Positions 46,144-55,924 of a stretch of 64,000 bases of DNA are shown in pieces. A program made the position numbers and the translations under genes. How positions within the stretch are numbered: the first letter of the stretch is position 1; each line of letters begins with the position of its first letter. The DNA comes from an uncultured Candidatus Rokubacteria bacterium (GTDB lineage Bacteria; Methylomirabilota; Methylomirabilia; Rokubacteriales; CSP1-6): NCBI GenBank assembly GCA_963754315.1, contig CAVWFS010000018.1:672001-736000 (forward strand), in the 5' to 3' direction. The notes under the pieces are model-generated. The model searched no databases. It was not told the origin of the DNA and was given only the letters and a program-made list of their open reading frames with translations.

Positions 46144-47417
46144 AGGTGCTCCTCGTCGGCGGTGGAGGGCGTGAAGATGCTCTGGCTTGGAAGATAGCCC
46201 AAAGCCCTTGCGTAGACACCCTCTATGCGGCGCCGGGCAACCCCGGCATAGCCCGCCACGCGCACTGCGTGATGATCGCGGCGGATGCCGTTCAAGATCT
46301 GCTGCACTTCGCGCAGAGGGAGCGGGTCGATTTGACCGTGGTCGGACCCGAGGCGCCGCTCGTGGCCGGTCTGACCGACCGGTTCGCGACCGAGGCCTTC
46401 ACCGTCTTTGGGCCGGTCGGCCGGGCCGCTCGGCTCGAGGGCTCCAAGGTCTACGCAAAGCGGCTCATGGCCGCGCGGCGAATTCCCACGGCGCGCTTCG
46501 GGGCTTTCGAGAATCCTGAGGAGGCGCGCCGTTTTTGTCGCGAGCTGGGGGCGCCCGTGGTGGTCAAGGCTGATGGCTTGGCGGCGGGAAAGGGGGCCTT
46601 GGTCTGCACCACTCTGGACGAGGCAAGTGAGGCGGTGGCCGCCTGCATGGAGAAACGCGTCTTCGGTGAGGCTGGCGCGGCGGTCGTGGTCGAGGAATTC
46701 CTCCGGGGAGAAGAGGTCTCGTTTCACGTGATCACCAATGGACGGGAGGTTCTTCCTCTGGCTAGCGCCCAGGATCACAAGACGATCTTCGACGGCGACC
46801 GAGGACCCAACACGGGCGGTATGGGCAGCTACTCTCCCTTCGCGCCCATGGGTGGCGCCCTCGAGGCCCGGATCATCACCGATATCGTTCAGCCGATTTT
46901 CGCCGCCCTCTCCGAGGAGGGGGCTGTATATCGCGGGGTGCTCTACGTCGGACTCATGCTCACCGCGGACGGGCCCAAGGTCGTAGAATTCAACTGCCGG
47001 TTCGGCGATCCGGAGTGTCAGGCGATCCTGGTCCGCGCCGAGGGCGACCTCGTCCCCCTTCTTCTCGCAGCGGCCCGCGGGGAGCCATTGCCCAAGGATA
47101 TCAACTGGGCGGGAAACGCGGCCGCGTGCGTCACGCTTGCGTCCCCCGGCTATCCCGGTCCGTGCCCCACTGGTCTGCCGATCAGCGGTCTGGATAAGGC
47201 GGAGAGCCGGCCCGGGGTTCGGGTCTTCCACGCAGGAACCGCGGAGCGAGATGGTCGGTTGGTCACGGCCGGAGGGAGAGTGTTGAATGTCACCGCCGTG
47301 GCGCCTAGGCTCGACGAGGCCATTTCGAGAGCGTACGCTGCCGTCGGCGACATCCGCTTCGAGGGGATGCAGTATCGGAGGGATATCGGACGCCGTGCGG
47401 GTCGAGGCGACCCCTGA
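46140..47417 (+). CDS. purD: Phosphoribosylamine--glycine ligase
   Basis: [42 protein letters not shown]. Confidence 0.97.
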   Translation: MKVLLVGGGGREDALAWKIAQSPCVDTLYAAPGNPGIARHAHCVMIAADAVQDLLHFAQRERVDLTVVGPEAPLVAGLTDRFATEAFTVFGPVGRAARLEGSKVYAKRLMAARRIPTARFGAFENPEEARRFCRELGAPVVVKADGLAAGKGALVCTTLDEASEAVAACMEKRVFGEAGAAVVVEEFLRGEEVSFHVITNGREVLPLASAQDHKTIFDGDRGPNTGGMGSYSPFAPMGGALEARIITDIVQPIFAALSEEGAVYRGVLYVGLMLTADGPKVVEFNCRFGDPECQAILVRAEGDLVPLLLAAARGEPLPKDINWAGNAAACVTLASPGYPGPCPTGLPISGLDKAESRPGVRVFHAGTAERDGRLVTAGGRVLNVTAVAPRLDEAISRAYAAVGDIRFEGMQYRRDIGRRAGRGDP

Positions 47418-48022
47418 CAACCAGAATCCTACCCGCGGACGCCGCGCAGTCACTTCTCGAGAGCATCGCCGAAGCGGCCGCGATCCTCGCGAGGGGTGGC
47501 CTCGTGAGCTTTCCCACGGAGACCTTCTATGGACTCGGGGCCGCCATAGAGTGTGAGGGTGCGGTGGCGAGGATCTTCCGCATCAAGGGCCGCCCCGAGT
47601 CGAAGCCTCTTCTCATCTTGGTCGAGTCCGTGGCCATGGCCGAGGCGGTGGCCGAAGTGTCGTCCGACGCACGAGCCCTCATGATCCGCCACTGGCCGGG
47701 GGCCCTGACGCTTGTCCTGCGAGCGCGCTCGGCCGTGCCCACCCTCGTCACCGCGGGTACCGGGACGGTCGGTGTCCGACACTCGGCCCACCCGGTGGCG
47801 TCGGCGCTCGTCCGGCGTCTTGACTCTCCGGTCACCGCGCCGAGCGCGAACCGTTCCGGGGAAGCGCCACCCACCACAGCCGCCGAGGTCCTACGGGTCT
47901 TCAACGACCAGATCGAGGCTGTCATCGACGGTGGGCGAACCGCAGGTGGTCTGCCTTCGACCGTGCTCGACCTCACGGTGACTCCTCCGTGCGTCCGGCG
48001 TCAGGGAGCGGTGGTCCTGTGA
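47414..48022 (+). CDS. tsaC: L-threonylcarbamoyladenylate synthase (short TsaC/YrdC type); probable CTG start
   Basis: GGLVSFPTETFYGLG, KGRPESKP, WPGALT, APSANRSG; frame is open back to CTG 47414. Confidence 0.92.
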   Translation: MTTRILPADAAQSLLESIAEAAAILARGGLVSFPTETFYGLGAAIECEGAVARIFRIKGRPESKPLLILVESVAMAEAVAEVSSDARALMIRHWPGALTLVLRARSAVPTLVTAGTGTVGVRHSAHPVASALVRRLDSPVTAPSANRSGEAPPTTAAEVLRVFNDQIEAVIDGGRTAGGLPSTVLDLTVTPPCVRRQGAVVL

Positions 48023-48693
48023 GGATCACCGGCGTCATCCAGGCCGGGGGCCGCAGTACGCGCATGGGGGGCGAACCAAAGGGTCTCATCACGGTGGGCG
48101 GTCGACGCATCATCGAGCGTGTCATACGTGCGGTTGCTCCCGCCGTGGATGATCTGCTGGTCGTGACCAACACTCCAGACCTCTACGCGTTCCTCGGGAT
48201 ACGGATGGTACCCGATGCGTTCCCCGATCACGGCTCCCTTGGTGGCATCTACTCGGGTCTGCAAGCAGCTTCGGGAGAAGCCGCCTTCACGGTGGCCTGC
48301 GACATGCCCTTTGTCTCACCTGCCTTCGTGAGGTTGGTCGTGGCGCGTGCCGGCGAGGCCGATGTGGTGGTCCCTCGTGTCGGCGGCCAGCTCCAGGCGC
48401 TGCATGCCCTGTACGCAAGGGCGTGCCTTCCCTACGTCGAGCAGCGGCTGCGGGCGGGGCGGCTCAAGGTCTCGGGTTTTTTCGAGCATGTACGAGTCCT
48501 CGAAATCGCCGAGGCGGACCTGGCGGGCTTGGATGATCCTATTCGCGGCTTCATGAATGTCAACACCCGGCAGGAGCTCGAGCGCGCCCGCGCCTTGGTC
48601 GATCCTCCAGAGGAAGAGCGTCAATCGTGGCCGCCCCGGCCGGTGGGCAATGACCAGAACAGCGCGCCTCGCGCCGGGATCTCGCCGCGATGA
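48019..48693 (+). CDS. mobA: Molybdenum cofactor guanylyltransferase
   Basis: QAGGRSTRMGGEPKG, GSLGGIYSGL, VACDMPF, MNVNT. Confidence 0.9.
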   Translation: MRITGVIQAGGRSTRMGGEPKGLITVGGRRIIERVIRAVAPAVDDLLVVTNTPDLYAFLGIRMVPDAFPDHGSLGGIYSGLQAASGEAAFTVACDMPFVSPAFVRLVVARAGEADVVVPRVGGQLQALHALYARACLPYVEQRLRAGRLKVSGFFEHVRVLEIAEADLAGLDDPIRGFMNVNTRQELERARALVDPPEEERQSWPPRPVGNDQNSAPRAGISPR

Positions 48694-49499
48694 CCGGTCG
48701 GCTGGAGGACATCGGGCTCAGTAGCATGGCCGAGATCAACGTGCTCCCCTCGCGCGTGCGCGATGAGATCTATCTGCGGCTCATTCCCGACCGCCTGCTG
48801 GCGGTCGTCTGCATGGATCGCCAGATGCTGATGGGCAACGCAGGGCACGTCCCGGTACGGATCACGGCGCCGGACGGCTCAGCCTGGGCGCGTGTTGAGC
48901 TATGGGCGAAGCCGGAGGATCGCGACCCGACATTGCTCCTCGATATTGGGATGTCGGCGTTTGCCGTGCCCGAGCTTTCGCTCGTGCAGATCAACGATCC
49001 CTCGGCGCCGCGGTTCGCCATTGACCGCGACGAGGAGGGTCGAGACACCCTGCTCGGCACTGTCTGTCGCAACCAGGTCGAAGAGGGTCGCGCCTTAGCG
49101 GCGGGACTGGCGCCGGGACAGGTGCGACGTGGGCTGCGCATGCTCGGGGCGGTGCTGGAGTCGATGGATGAGTTTTGCCGGCTTCTTGGCTCCGAGTTCT
49201 ACCTGCTGGAGCCACTCTTCTATCATTCCGCCATCCTCTACGAGCGACAGCGCTGCGGCTACTTCATCGGCCGCGAGCGCATGGAGCAGATCCACGCGGG
49301 TTTCCAGCCGGGAGGTGAGCTGCATCGTCGTCTGGACGACTCCTCGCCGTTCCGGGGGGCGGGGCTCGAGCGAACAGCCCGCGGCCGCAGCTGGGCCATC
49401 CACGACGGCATCCTGGGAGATCCCTGGCAAGGCGTGAAGATGTTCCGGGCGCCGCAGGCTCTCTCGCGTATCTCCACATTTCCCGGTGGGGCCTACTAA
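48690..49499 (+). CDS. Conserved hypothetical protein (possibly GNAT-like)
   Basis: Coupled ATGA start; motif-like blocks GLAPGQVRRGLR, EPLFYHSAILYE, RGRSWAIHDGIL. Confidence 0.75.
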   Translation: MTGRLEDIGLSSMAEINVLPSRVRDEIYLRLIPDRLLAVVCMDRQMLMGNAGHVPVRITAPDGSAWARVELWAKPEDRDPTLLLDIGMSAFAVPELSLVQINDPSAPRFAIDRDEEGRDTLLGTVCRNQVEEGRALAAGLAPGQVRRGLRMLGAVLESMDEFCRLLGSEFYLLEPLFYHSAILYERQRCGYFIGRERMEQIHAGFQPGGELHRRLDDSSPFRGAGLERTARGRSWAIHDGILGDPWQGVKMFRAPQALSRISTFPGGAY

Positions 49500-49523
49500 T
49501 CCAGGACAAGACGGGGACAGCCA

Positions 49524-50723
49524 TCGCACGCCTCGGACCGCGTCGCTATCGTCCACTACGCGGAGATCAGCCTGAAAGGGGGCAATCGGCCCCTGTTCCT
49601 GCGCCAGCTTCGTCAGAACGTGGAGCGCGCTATCGCCGACCTCGGAGCCACCACCGTCCGCCGGCTTCCGGGACGCCTGGTCGTCGACCTCGATGGTAAC
49701 GCCGACCCGGGGGCAGTGCGGGACCGCATCGCGCGGGTGTGCGGGGTGGCCAGTGTGAGCCTGGGTCTCCGTGCCGGGGCGTCTGCCGACGCCATGAAGG
49801 AGGCCGTGGCCTCCCTGGTAGACGGACGTGAATTCGCCTCGTTCCGCATTACTGCCCGTCGCGCCTTCAAGACATATCCGCGGACCAGCGTGGAGCTCAA
49901 CCGCGAGCTGGGGGCGTTCGTCCTCACGCGCGCGCGCACCCGGGTGGATCTGCGCGACCCTGCGCTGAACATCCATGTGGAGGTTCTGCCGAGCGAGGCC
50001 TTCGTATACACCGATCGTTTTCCGGGGCCTGGCGGCCTGCCCGTGGGGGTCAGCGGGCTGGTGACTGCACTGCTCTCGGGCGGGATCGATTCTCCGGTGG
50101 CGGCGTGGCGAATGATCAAGCGGGGTTGTCGCGTGACCTTCGTGCACTTTCACAGCGTGCCGTATCTCCCGGCGACGTCGCAGGACAAGGCCCGTGCCCT
50201 CGTGGAACGGTTGAGCGAGTGGCAGTACGCGTCGTGCCTGAGTCTGGTCCCGTTCGGCGAGATCCAGCGCGAAGTGGTGCTGAGCGTGCCTCCTCCCTTG
50301 CGGGTGGTGGTCTACCGCCGGCTGATGATTCGCATCGCCGAGGCCCTCGGGCGTGAGGTCGGCGCGCAGGCCATGGTAAGCGGGGAGAGCCTCGGCCAGG
50401 TGGCCTCCCAGACGCTCACCAACATCGCCCGTATCGACGAGGCCGCCGCCATGCCCATCCTGCGACCGCTTGTCGGCACCGATAAGCTCGAGATCGTGGC
50501 GGAGGCGAAGCGGCTGGGCACCTACGAGATTTCGATCGAGCCCGACCTCGATTGCTGCACGCTGTTCACCCCAAAGCATCCGGCCACAGGGGTCGGCGCC
50601 AGAGAGCTCGCGCGAGCCGAAGAGCGTCTCGACATGCCACGCCTGATCGGCCTCGGCTGTGCGGGTGTGGTCCATGAGCGCTTCGCCTTCCCGGCCCGGC
50701 AGGCAGCGCTCCCCCCAGGCTGA
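49524..50723 (+). CDS. thiI: tRNA 4-thiouridine(8) synthase ThiI (no rhodanese domain); start codon disrupted
   Basis: [18 protein letters not shown] domain, [25 protein letters not shown]. Confidence 0.94.
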   Translation, partial: SHASDRVAIVHYAEISLKGGNRPLFLRQLRQNVERAIADLGATTVRRLPGRLVVDLDGNADPGAVRDRIARVCGVASVSLGLRAGASADAMKEAVASLVDGREFASFRITARRAFKTYPRTSVELNRELGAFVLTRARTRVDLRDPALNIHVEVLPSEAFVYTDRFPGPGGLPVGVSGLVTALLSGGIDSPVAAWRMIKRGCRVTFVHFHSVPYLPATSQDKARALVERLSEWQYASCLSLVPFGEIQREVVLSVPPPLRVVVYRRLMIRIAEALGREVGAQAMVSGESLGQVASQTLTNIARIDEAAAMPILRPLVGTDKLEIVAEAKRLGTYEISIEPDLDCCTLFTPKHPATGVGARELARAEERLDMPRLIGLGCAGVVHERFAFPARQAALPPG

Positions 50724-50748
50724 GCAGTCCCCACCACTTGGTGGTGGC

Positions 50749-50778
50749 TTGACACTGAAGAGCCCCTACCAGTATGGT
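50749..50778 (+). promoter_or_regulatory. Sigma-70 promoter for a probably leaderless glyA mRNA
   Basis: TTGACA (50749-50754), 18 bp spacer, TATGGT (50773-50778), 6 nt to ATG; no SD; CCACCAC-TTG-GTGGTGG hairpin just upstream. Confidence 0.6.
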
Positions 50779-50784
50779 CGGACC

Positions 50785-52026
50785 ATGACTCGCCTCAGCG
50801 AAGTCGATCCCGAAATTGCCAAGGCCATCGAGGACGAGACCCACCGCCAGAATCGCAACCTGGAACTCATCGCGTCGGAGAACTTCGTCTCGGAGGCAAT
50901 CCTGAACGCGGTCGGCTCCGTCCTCACCAACAAGTACGCCGAGGGGTACCCGGGCCGACGCTACTACGGTGGGTGCGAGGTGGTGGACGTGGTGGAGGAA
51001 CTGGCCATCGCCCGCGCCAAGGAGCTGTTCGGCGCCGAGCACGTGAACGTGCAGCCTCACTCCGGGGCCCAGGCGAACATGGCGGTGTACTTCACGGTGC
51101 TGAAGCCGGGCGAGGTGGTCCTCGGACCTAACCTAGCCCATGGCGGACATCTCACGGCGGGAAGTCCCGTCAACTATTCGGGTAAGCTCTATTCGATCGT
51201 GGCCTACGGCGTTCGGCGCGATACCGAGCGTATCGACCTCGATGAGGTACGCGACCTCGCCCGGCAGCATCATCCCCGCCTCATCATCGCGGGCGGTTCA
51301 GCGTTTCCCCGGGCCATCGACTTTGCTCCCTTCGCCGAGATCGCCCACGAGGTGGGGGCGACCCTCATGGCCGACATCGCGCATCCGGCGGGACTGGTGG
51401 CGGCGGGCCTGCATCCCTCGCCGGTAGGGCTTGCTGACTTCGTTACCACCACCACTCATAAGACCTTGCGCGGTCCGCGTGGTGGCATGGTGATGTGCCG
51501 AGCTCACCATGCGGCGGCGCTCGACCGCACGGTGATGCCCGGTGTTCAGGGAGGGCCCCTCATGCACGTGATTGCCGGCAAGGCGGTGGCCTTGCGCGAG
51601 GCGCTCACGCCTGAGTGGAAGGCGTATCAGCAGCAGGTGGTGGCCAACGCACGCGCCCTGGCCGAGGCCCTCCTGGGGCGGGGCTATCGCCTCGTTACGG
51701 GTGGCACTGACACGCACCTGGTGCTCGTGGATCTGACCGAGCGCGGGATCACCGGCAAGGATGCTCAGGAAGCGCTCGACCGGGCCTGGATCACGGTGAA
51801 CAAGAACACGGTCCCCTTCGACACGCGCGGGCCCATGGTGACGAGCGGGGTACGTCTCGGTACTCCGGCCGTGACCACGCGCGGCATGCGCGCGACAGAA
51901 ATGCAACTGATTGCGACCCTCATCGACCGCGTGCTGAGCCACCTCGGCTCGGCGAGCGCCGAAGCAGCCGTGCGCGGCGAGGTTCAAGGTCTCACGGGGA
52001 GCTTTCCGCTCTATCGCGTCGGCTAG
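50785..52026 (+). CDS. glyA: Serine hydroxymethyltransferase
   Basis: [36 protein letters not shown]. Confidence 0.98.
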   Translation: MTRLSEVDPEIAKAIEDETHRQNRNLELIASENFVSEAILNAVGSVLTNKYAEGYPGRRYYGGCEVVDVVEELAIARAKELFGAEHVNVQPHSGAQANMAVYFTVLKPGEVVLGPNLAHGGHLTAGSPVNYSGKLYSIVAYGVRRDTERIDLDEVRDLARQHHPRLIIAGGSAFPRAIDFAPFAEIAHEVGATLMADIAHPAGLVAAGLHPSPVGLADFVTTTTHKTLRGPRGGMVMCRAHHAAALDRTVMPGVQGGPLMHVIAGKAVALREALTPEWKAYQQQVVANARALAEALLGRGYRLVTGGTDTHLVLVDLTERGITGKDAQEALDRAWITVNKNTVPFDTRGPMVTSGVRLGTPAVTTRGMRATEMQLIATLIDRVLSHLGSASAEAAVRGEVQGLTGSFPLYRVG

Positions 52027-52046
52027 GGGGAGGGGGTGGGAGCGCC

Positions 52047-52547
52047 ATGAAGTGTCCCTTCTGCGGCCACACCGAGGATAGGGTCGTGGACTCGCGCGTC
52101 GGCCGGGACGGTGAGTTCATCCGGCGGCGTCGGGCCTGTCTCAAGTGCCACCGCCGATACACGACATACGAGTACATCGAGGACGTTCTCCCCCACGTGG
52201 TGAAGCGCGATGGGCGCCGGGAGCCCTTCGACCACCAAAAGCTCCGCGGATCGATTCTGAAGGCATGTCAGAAGCAATCGGTGGCGTTGCAGGCAGTGGA
52301 CGACATCGTGGCCGACATCGAGGCCAAGCTTCACGATCGGGCCGACAAGGAGATTCCCAGCCGGGATCTTGGCGAACTGGTCATGGAGCGACTGCAGCGG
52401 CTGGACCAGGTTGCCTACGTACGCTTCGCGTCCGTCTACCGGCAGTTCAAGGACCCGTCGCAGTTCATGGAAGAGCTAAAGGATCTCCTCAAGGAGGACA
52501 AGGGCAAGCCGCCACCCCGACCGCGGACGCTCGCCAAGACCCGTTAG
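52047..52547 (+). CDS. nrdR: Transcriptional repressor NrdR
   Basis: MKCPFCG, RRRRAC, ATP cone, VAYVRFASVYRQF. Confidence 0.97.
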   Translation: MKCPFCGHTEDRVVDSRVGRDGEFIRRRRACLKCHRRYTTYEYIEDVLPHVVKRDGRREPFDHQKLRGSILKACQKQSVALQAVDDIVADIEAKLHDRADKEIPSRDLGELVMERLQRLDQVAYVRFASVYRQFKDPSQFMEELKDLLKEDKGKPPPRPRTLAKTR

Positions 52548-53230
52548 CACTCCGGCCGGGGCTCCTCCACCGAGGCAGGCCGGCGATGCCGTCGGCGCCG
52601 CACGAACTCCTCGTTGAGCGGGACGCCCTTCTTGCACAGAGCGCACGCCTCCGGTGGGTAGGTCGGGAAATCCCGGCTGACCAGGCTGAAGACTGGCGTA
52701 TCCCCGACCTCGACAGAGGTCCGGCGCCAGAGGCAACCGATCCCGGCGACCTGTCCTCCGTGCCGCTCGACCAGGTGAACGAGGAGCTTCAGGGTCGAGC
52801 CCGACGAGACCAGATCCTCCACGAGCAGCACCTTGGTGCCCTCGCGAATGAGTCTTCGGAATTCCGCGGGTAAGCTGACGCGCCGCTTGCCGCCGACTAC
52901 TCGCTTGAGCCCGTACACCACGATAGGGCGGGAAGGATGTGCCCGCGCCACGCAGTGCGAAAGGATCAGCGCGCCCTGACCAGTGGAGAGCACGAGGTCA
53001 ATGGGCCAGGGGGCAAAGTGCTTCGCGATCACGGCGCCGAGCCCCTCGGTGAACGAGGGTTCGGTCGTCACCAGGGTCTTCTCGATGAACTCACTGGTGT
53101 GATGGCCGGAGGGAAGCAACACATGATCGTTGGCGTGGTACGCACCGGTCCGCTTGAGGATTTCCAGGTGGATCTTCTCGCGGACCTCGGCCTCCACCGC
53201 CATGGGATCTTGTCTGGGAGCGGTCGGCAT
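52544..53230 (-). CDS. Orotate phosphoribosyltransferase-like (type I PRTase)
   Basis: HVLLPSGHH, PRPP loop VLLVEDLVSSGST, C-terminal CALC; AAGGAG SD. Confidence 0.8.
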   Translation of the reverse strand: MPTAPRQDPMAVEAEVREKIHLEILKRTGAYHANDHVLLPSGHHTSEFIEKTLVTTEPSFTEGLGAVIAKHFAPWPIDLVLSTGQGALILSHCVARAHPSRPIVVYGLKRVVGGKRRVSLPAEFRRLIREGTKVLLVEDLVSSGSTLKLLVHLVERHGGQVAGIGCLWRRTSVEVGDTPVFSLVSRDFPTYPPEACALCKKGVPLNEEFVRRRRHRRPASVEEPRPEC

Positions 53231-53251
53231 CCAGGGTCTCCTTCGCCAGCC

Positions 53252-53297
53252 ATTATCGCATGCGGGGTGGGGGTCGTGCCCGGCTGCGTGCTACACT
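53252..53297. promoter_or_regulatory. Back-to-back extended -10 promoters (PRTase on -, tsaB on +)
   Basis: TGcGATAAT on the - strand at ~53252-53260; TGcTACACT on the + strand at 53289-53297. Confidence 0.5.
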
Positions 53298-53305
53298 GGC
53301 CGGGC

Positions 53306-53980
53306 ATGCGCGTGCTCGCCCTGGACACCTCGACGTTGGCGGGAAGCGTCGCGCTCGTCGAAGGCGATCGCACCGTGGCGGAGTCCTTGCTCGACATCCG
53401 ATTGACGCACTCCGAGCGACTGATGCCGGCCGTGGACCAGCTCCTGCGCGAAGCTGGCTGGCGGCCAGGCGACCTGGAGGGCGTGGCGGTGGCCACGGGT
53501 CCGGGATCCTTCACGGGGCTCCGCATCGGGGTGAGCGCCGCCAAGGGTTTGGCCCTCGCGTTGTCGATTCCCCTGGCGGTCGTGCCCACCCTCGACGCGA
53601 TGGCGGCCGCGCTGCCCTTCGCCGAATGGCCGGTATGCCCTGTGCTCGTCGCGCGCCGAGACGAGGTATACGTAAGCCTCTATCGGTGGGACGGGACGGC
53701 CATGCGGCGCGAGTGGGACTACCTGGCCTTGTCTCCCCATGCAGTAGGCGAGCGTCTTCAGGAACGCGTGATCCTCACCGGGGACGGGGCGACGCGAATC
53801 ACGTCGCCCTTGGCCCTGCTGGCGCCGCGCTGGCGGTGGAGCCCGTCGGCAGCCATCGTGGGGCACCTGGGTGCACAGCGCTTGCGAGCGGGGGAAAGCG
53901 TGGGGGCGGCCGAACTGGTACCCCTCTACGTTCGCCCGTCGCAAGCCGAGCTGACCCGCCGTGCCGTTGCGATCTCTTGA
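53306..53980 (+). CDS. tsaB: tRNA threonylcarbamoyladenosine biosynthesis protein TsaB
   Basis: VLALDTST, HSERLMP, GPGSFTGLRIG, PLYVRPSQAE. Confidence 0.95.
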   Translation: MRVLALDTSTLAGSVALVEGDRTVAESLLDIRLTHSERLMPAVDQLLREAGWRPGDLEGVAVATGPGSFTGLRIGVSAAKGLALALSIPLAVVPTLDAMAAALPFAEWPVCPVLVARRDEVYVSLYRWDGTAMRREWDYLALSPHAVGERLQERVILTGDGATRITSPLALLAPRWRWSPSAAIVGHLGAQRLRAGESVGAAELVPLYVRPSQAELTRRAVAIS

Positions 53981-54443
53981 ACCGATGCGCGTGGGGGACC
54001 TCGATGAGGTCCTCGAGATCGAGCGGGCATCGTTCGGCATGCCGTGGTCGCGCGGGGCCTTCGTCTACGAGATCGAGCGCAATCGGGTGGCGCGCTGCTG
54101 GGTCATGCGAGAGGACGGTCAGGTGGTCGGCTACCTGTGCCTGTGGGAGATCGCGGACGAATTGCACATCACCAACATCGCTGTGCATCCCATACACCGC
54201 CGGCGAGGCATTGCCCGGACTCTGCTGGCCAGCGTCTTGGAGGGGGCTCGTCAGCGATCGCCGTCCGTGGTCGCCCTCGAGGTGCGTCCCACGAACGTGG
54301 AGGCGCGCACTCTCTACGAGTCGTTCGGGTTTCGCGTGATCGGCCGACGTCGCGGCTATTACTATGATACCGGCGAGGATGCGCTGATTATGGAAGCCCG
54401 CCTCCCCGTGGCCGCATCGTCGGGGAGGGAGCGGGAACATTAA
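53961..54443 (+). CDS. rimI: Ribosomal protein S18 N-acetyltransferase
   Basis: ELHITNIAVHP, RRRGIA, LEVRPTN, RRGYYYDTGEDALIM. Confidence 0.93.
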   Translation: MPLRSLEPMRVGDLDEVLEIERASFGMPWSRGAFVYEIERNRVARCWVMREDGQVVGYLCLWEIADELHITNIAVHPIHRRRGIARTLLASVLEGARQRSPSVVALEVRPTNVEARTLYESFGFRVIGRRRGYYYDTGEDALIMEARLPVAASSGREREH

Positions 54444-54471
54444 GACACGTTTTGCCGTTGGTGCGGAATAC

Positions 54472-55386
54472 GTGTACACGCGACGACCGCCGGTGCGATT
54501 CGCCTGGCACGTGGCCGTGCTCACCTCGACGCTGATGGTCGTGCTTACTTCGTGGGGTTACGCCGCCACCCCAGAGGAGGTGGCCCACGGTAAGTACGTC
54601 TTCGGCGCCGCCGGGGGATGCGGATGCCATACGGAGAAGGACAGGCCCGTCAACAGCGGTGGCCGGCGCTACGACGGCCCGTTCGGCACCGTGTTCTCCA
54701 CCAATATCACTCCCGACACGAAGAGCGGGATCGGCGGCTGGACCGACACCCAGATCATCGAGGCGATTCGATCGGGCCGCCGGCCGAACGGTGAGCGCCT
54801 CATTCCAGTCCACCCCTACACCGTCTTCAATGGCATGGCCGAGGCCGACCTCAAGGCCATGGTGGCCTACCTGCGCTCGCTGCCTGCGGTCAACCGTCCG
54901 AACCAACCCAAGAAGATCACGGTCCCCCTCTTCGAGACGGTTTTCCTCCCGGCCTGGCTGGCCGCCTTCTCGCCTCGCGAGACGCCGCCGGCGACCGCAC
55001 CGGCCTCGGGAGTTGCCCGTGGTGAGTACCTGGTGCGTGCGATCAGCCACTGCGGCGAGTGCCACACGCCCCGCACTGTGACCCAGGCCGTGGACAACAC
55101 CCGCTTTCTGGCCGGCAACCCGCGCGGGCCAGAGAACTCCGTCGTATCCAACATCACCCCCGACAAGACCACCGGCATCGGCGGCTGGTCGGAGGAGGAC
55201 CTTGCCGAGTACCTCGCGACCGGTAACAAACCCGACGGGGACGTGTCCAGCGGGCTGATGGAAGAGGTCATCCACGGCACCACGGCCGGCTACAAGGACA
55301 TGACCAAGGCCGACCGGCTCGCGATCGCCCGCTACCTGAAGTCGATTCCGCCGATTCAGAACAAGGTCCGGAAGCCGTCGTCATAA
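54472..55386 (+). CDS. Periplasmic diheme c-type cytochrome; first motif is CXCH
   Basis: Signal peptide; GGCGCHT and HCGECHTPR; two NITPD..GIGGW repeats. Confidence 0.88.
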   Translation: MYTRRPPVRFAWHVAVLTSTLMVVLTSWGYAATPEEVAHGKYVFGAAGGCGCHTEKDRPVNSGGRRYDGPFGTVFSTNITPDTKSGIGGWTDTQIIEAIRSGRRPNGERLIPVHPYTVFNGMAEADLKAMVAYLRSLPAVNRPNQPKKITVPLFETVFLPAWLAAFSPRETPPATAPASGVARGEYLVRAISHCGECHTPRTVTQAVDNTRFLAGNPRGPENSVVSNITPDKTTGIGGWSEEDLAEYLATGNKPDGDVSSGLMEEVIHGTTAGYKDMTKADRLAIARYLKSIPPIQNKVRKPSS

Positions 55387-55406
55387 CCCACTCGAGGGAG
55401 GAAATC

Positions 55407-55892
55407 ATGAGCGAGAGCAGGCACGGACGGCGTCGCATCGTACTCGGAAGTCTGGCCATCGTTGCGCTGGCGGGATGCGCGAGCATGGAGGAACCGAAGC
55501 GGATGACGACGGCGCAGGTCATTGCGGAGCGGCAGGAGTTGATGAAGTCTCAGGGGGCGACCTGGCGGTCGATTCAGGAGAAGGAGAAGGCCGGGCAGAT
55601 CGGGGCGATCGCCGCCGAAGCCGACGCCCTGGCCAAGAGCGCGACCAAGATCGACGCGCTCTTCCCGCCCGGTTCGCTTGACCCGGCAACCTCCCGCGCC
55701 AAGCCGGAGATCTGGCAGAAGTGGCCGGAATTCCAGGGGCTCTCCAAGGGCCTGGAGGCGAAGGCGAACGCGCTGGCCGCCACCGCCCGCACCGGTAACG
55801 CGCAGGCCACAAGCGCCGCCGTCACCGAATTCGGCAAGACGGCGTGTGGGGCCTGCCACACCCCGTTCCGCGGCCCCGAGATCAAGAAATAG
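55407..55892 (+). CDS. Cytochrome c' (class II), lipoprotein
   Basis: LAGC lipobox; LFPPGS, AKPEIWQKW, C-terminal CGACHTPFR. Confidence 0.9.
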   Translation: MSESRHGRRRIVLGSLAIVALAGCASMEEPKRMTTAQVIAERQELMKSQGATWRSIQEKEKAGQIGAIAAEADALAKSATKIDALFPPGSLDPATSRAKPEIWQKWPEFQGLSKGLEAKANALAATARTGNAQATSAAVTEFGKTACGACHTPFRGPEIKK

Positions 55893-55924
55893 GGGCCCCG
55901 GGCGATACAAGGAGAATCCGGAAA

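Noticed and set aside
49095..50675. 526 aa reverse-strand ORF
   Set aside because: Antisense shadow of thiI and the upstream gene, which share a frame
52937..53305. Long N-terminal extension of tsaB
   Set aside because: It overlaps the reverse-strand PRTase; TsaB homology starts at ATG 53306
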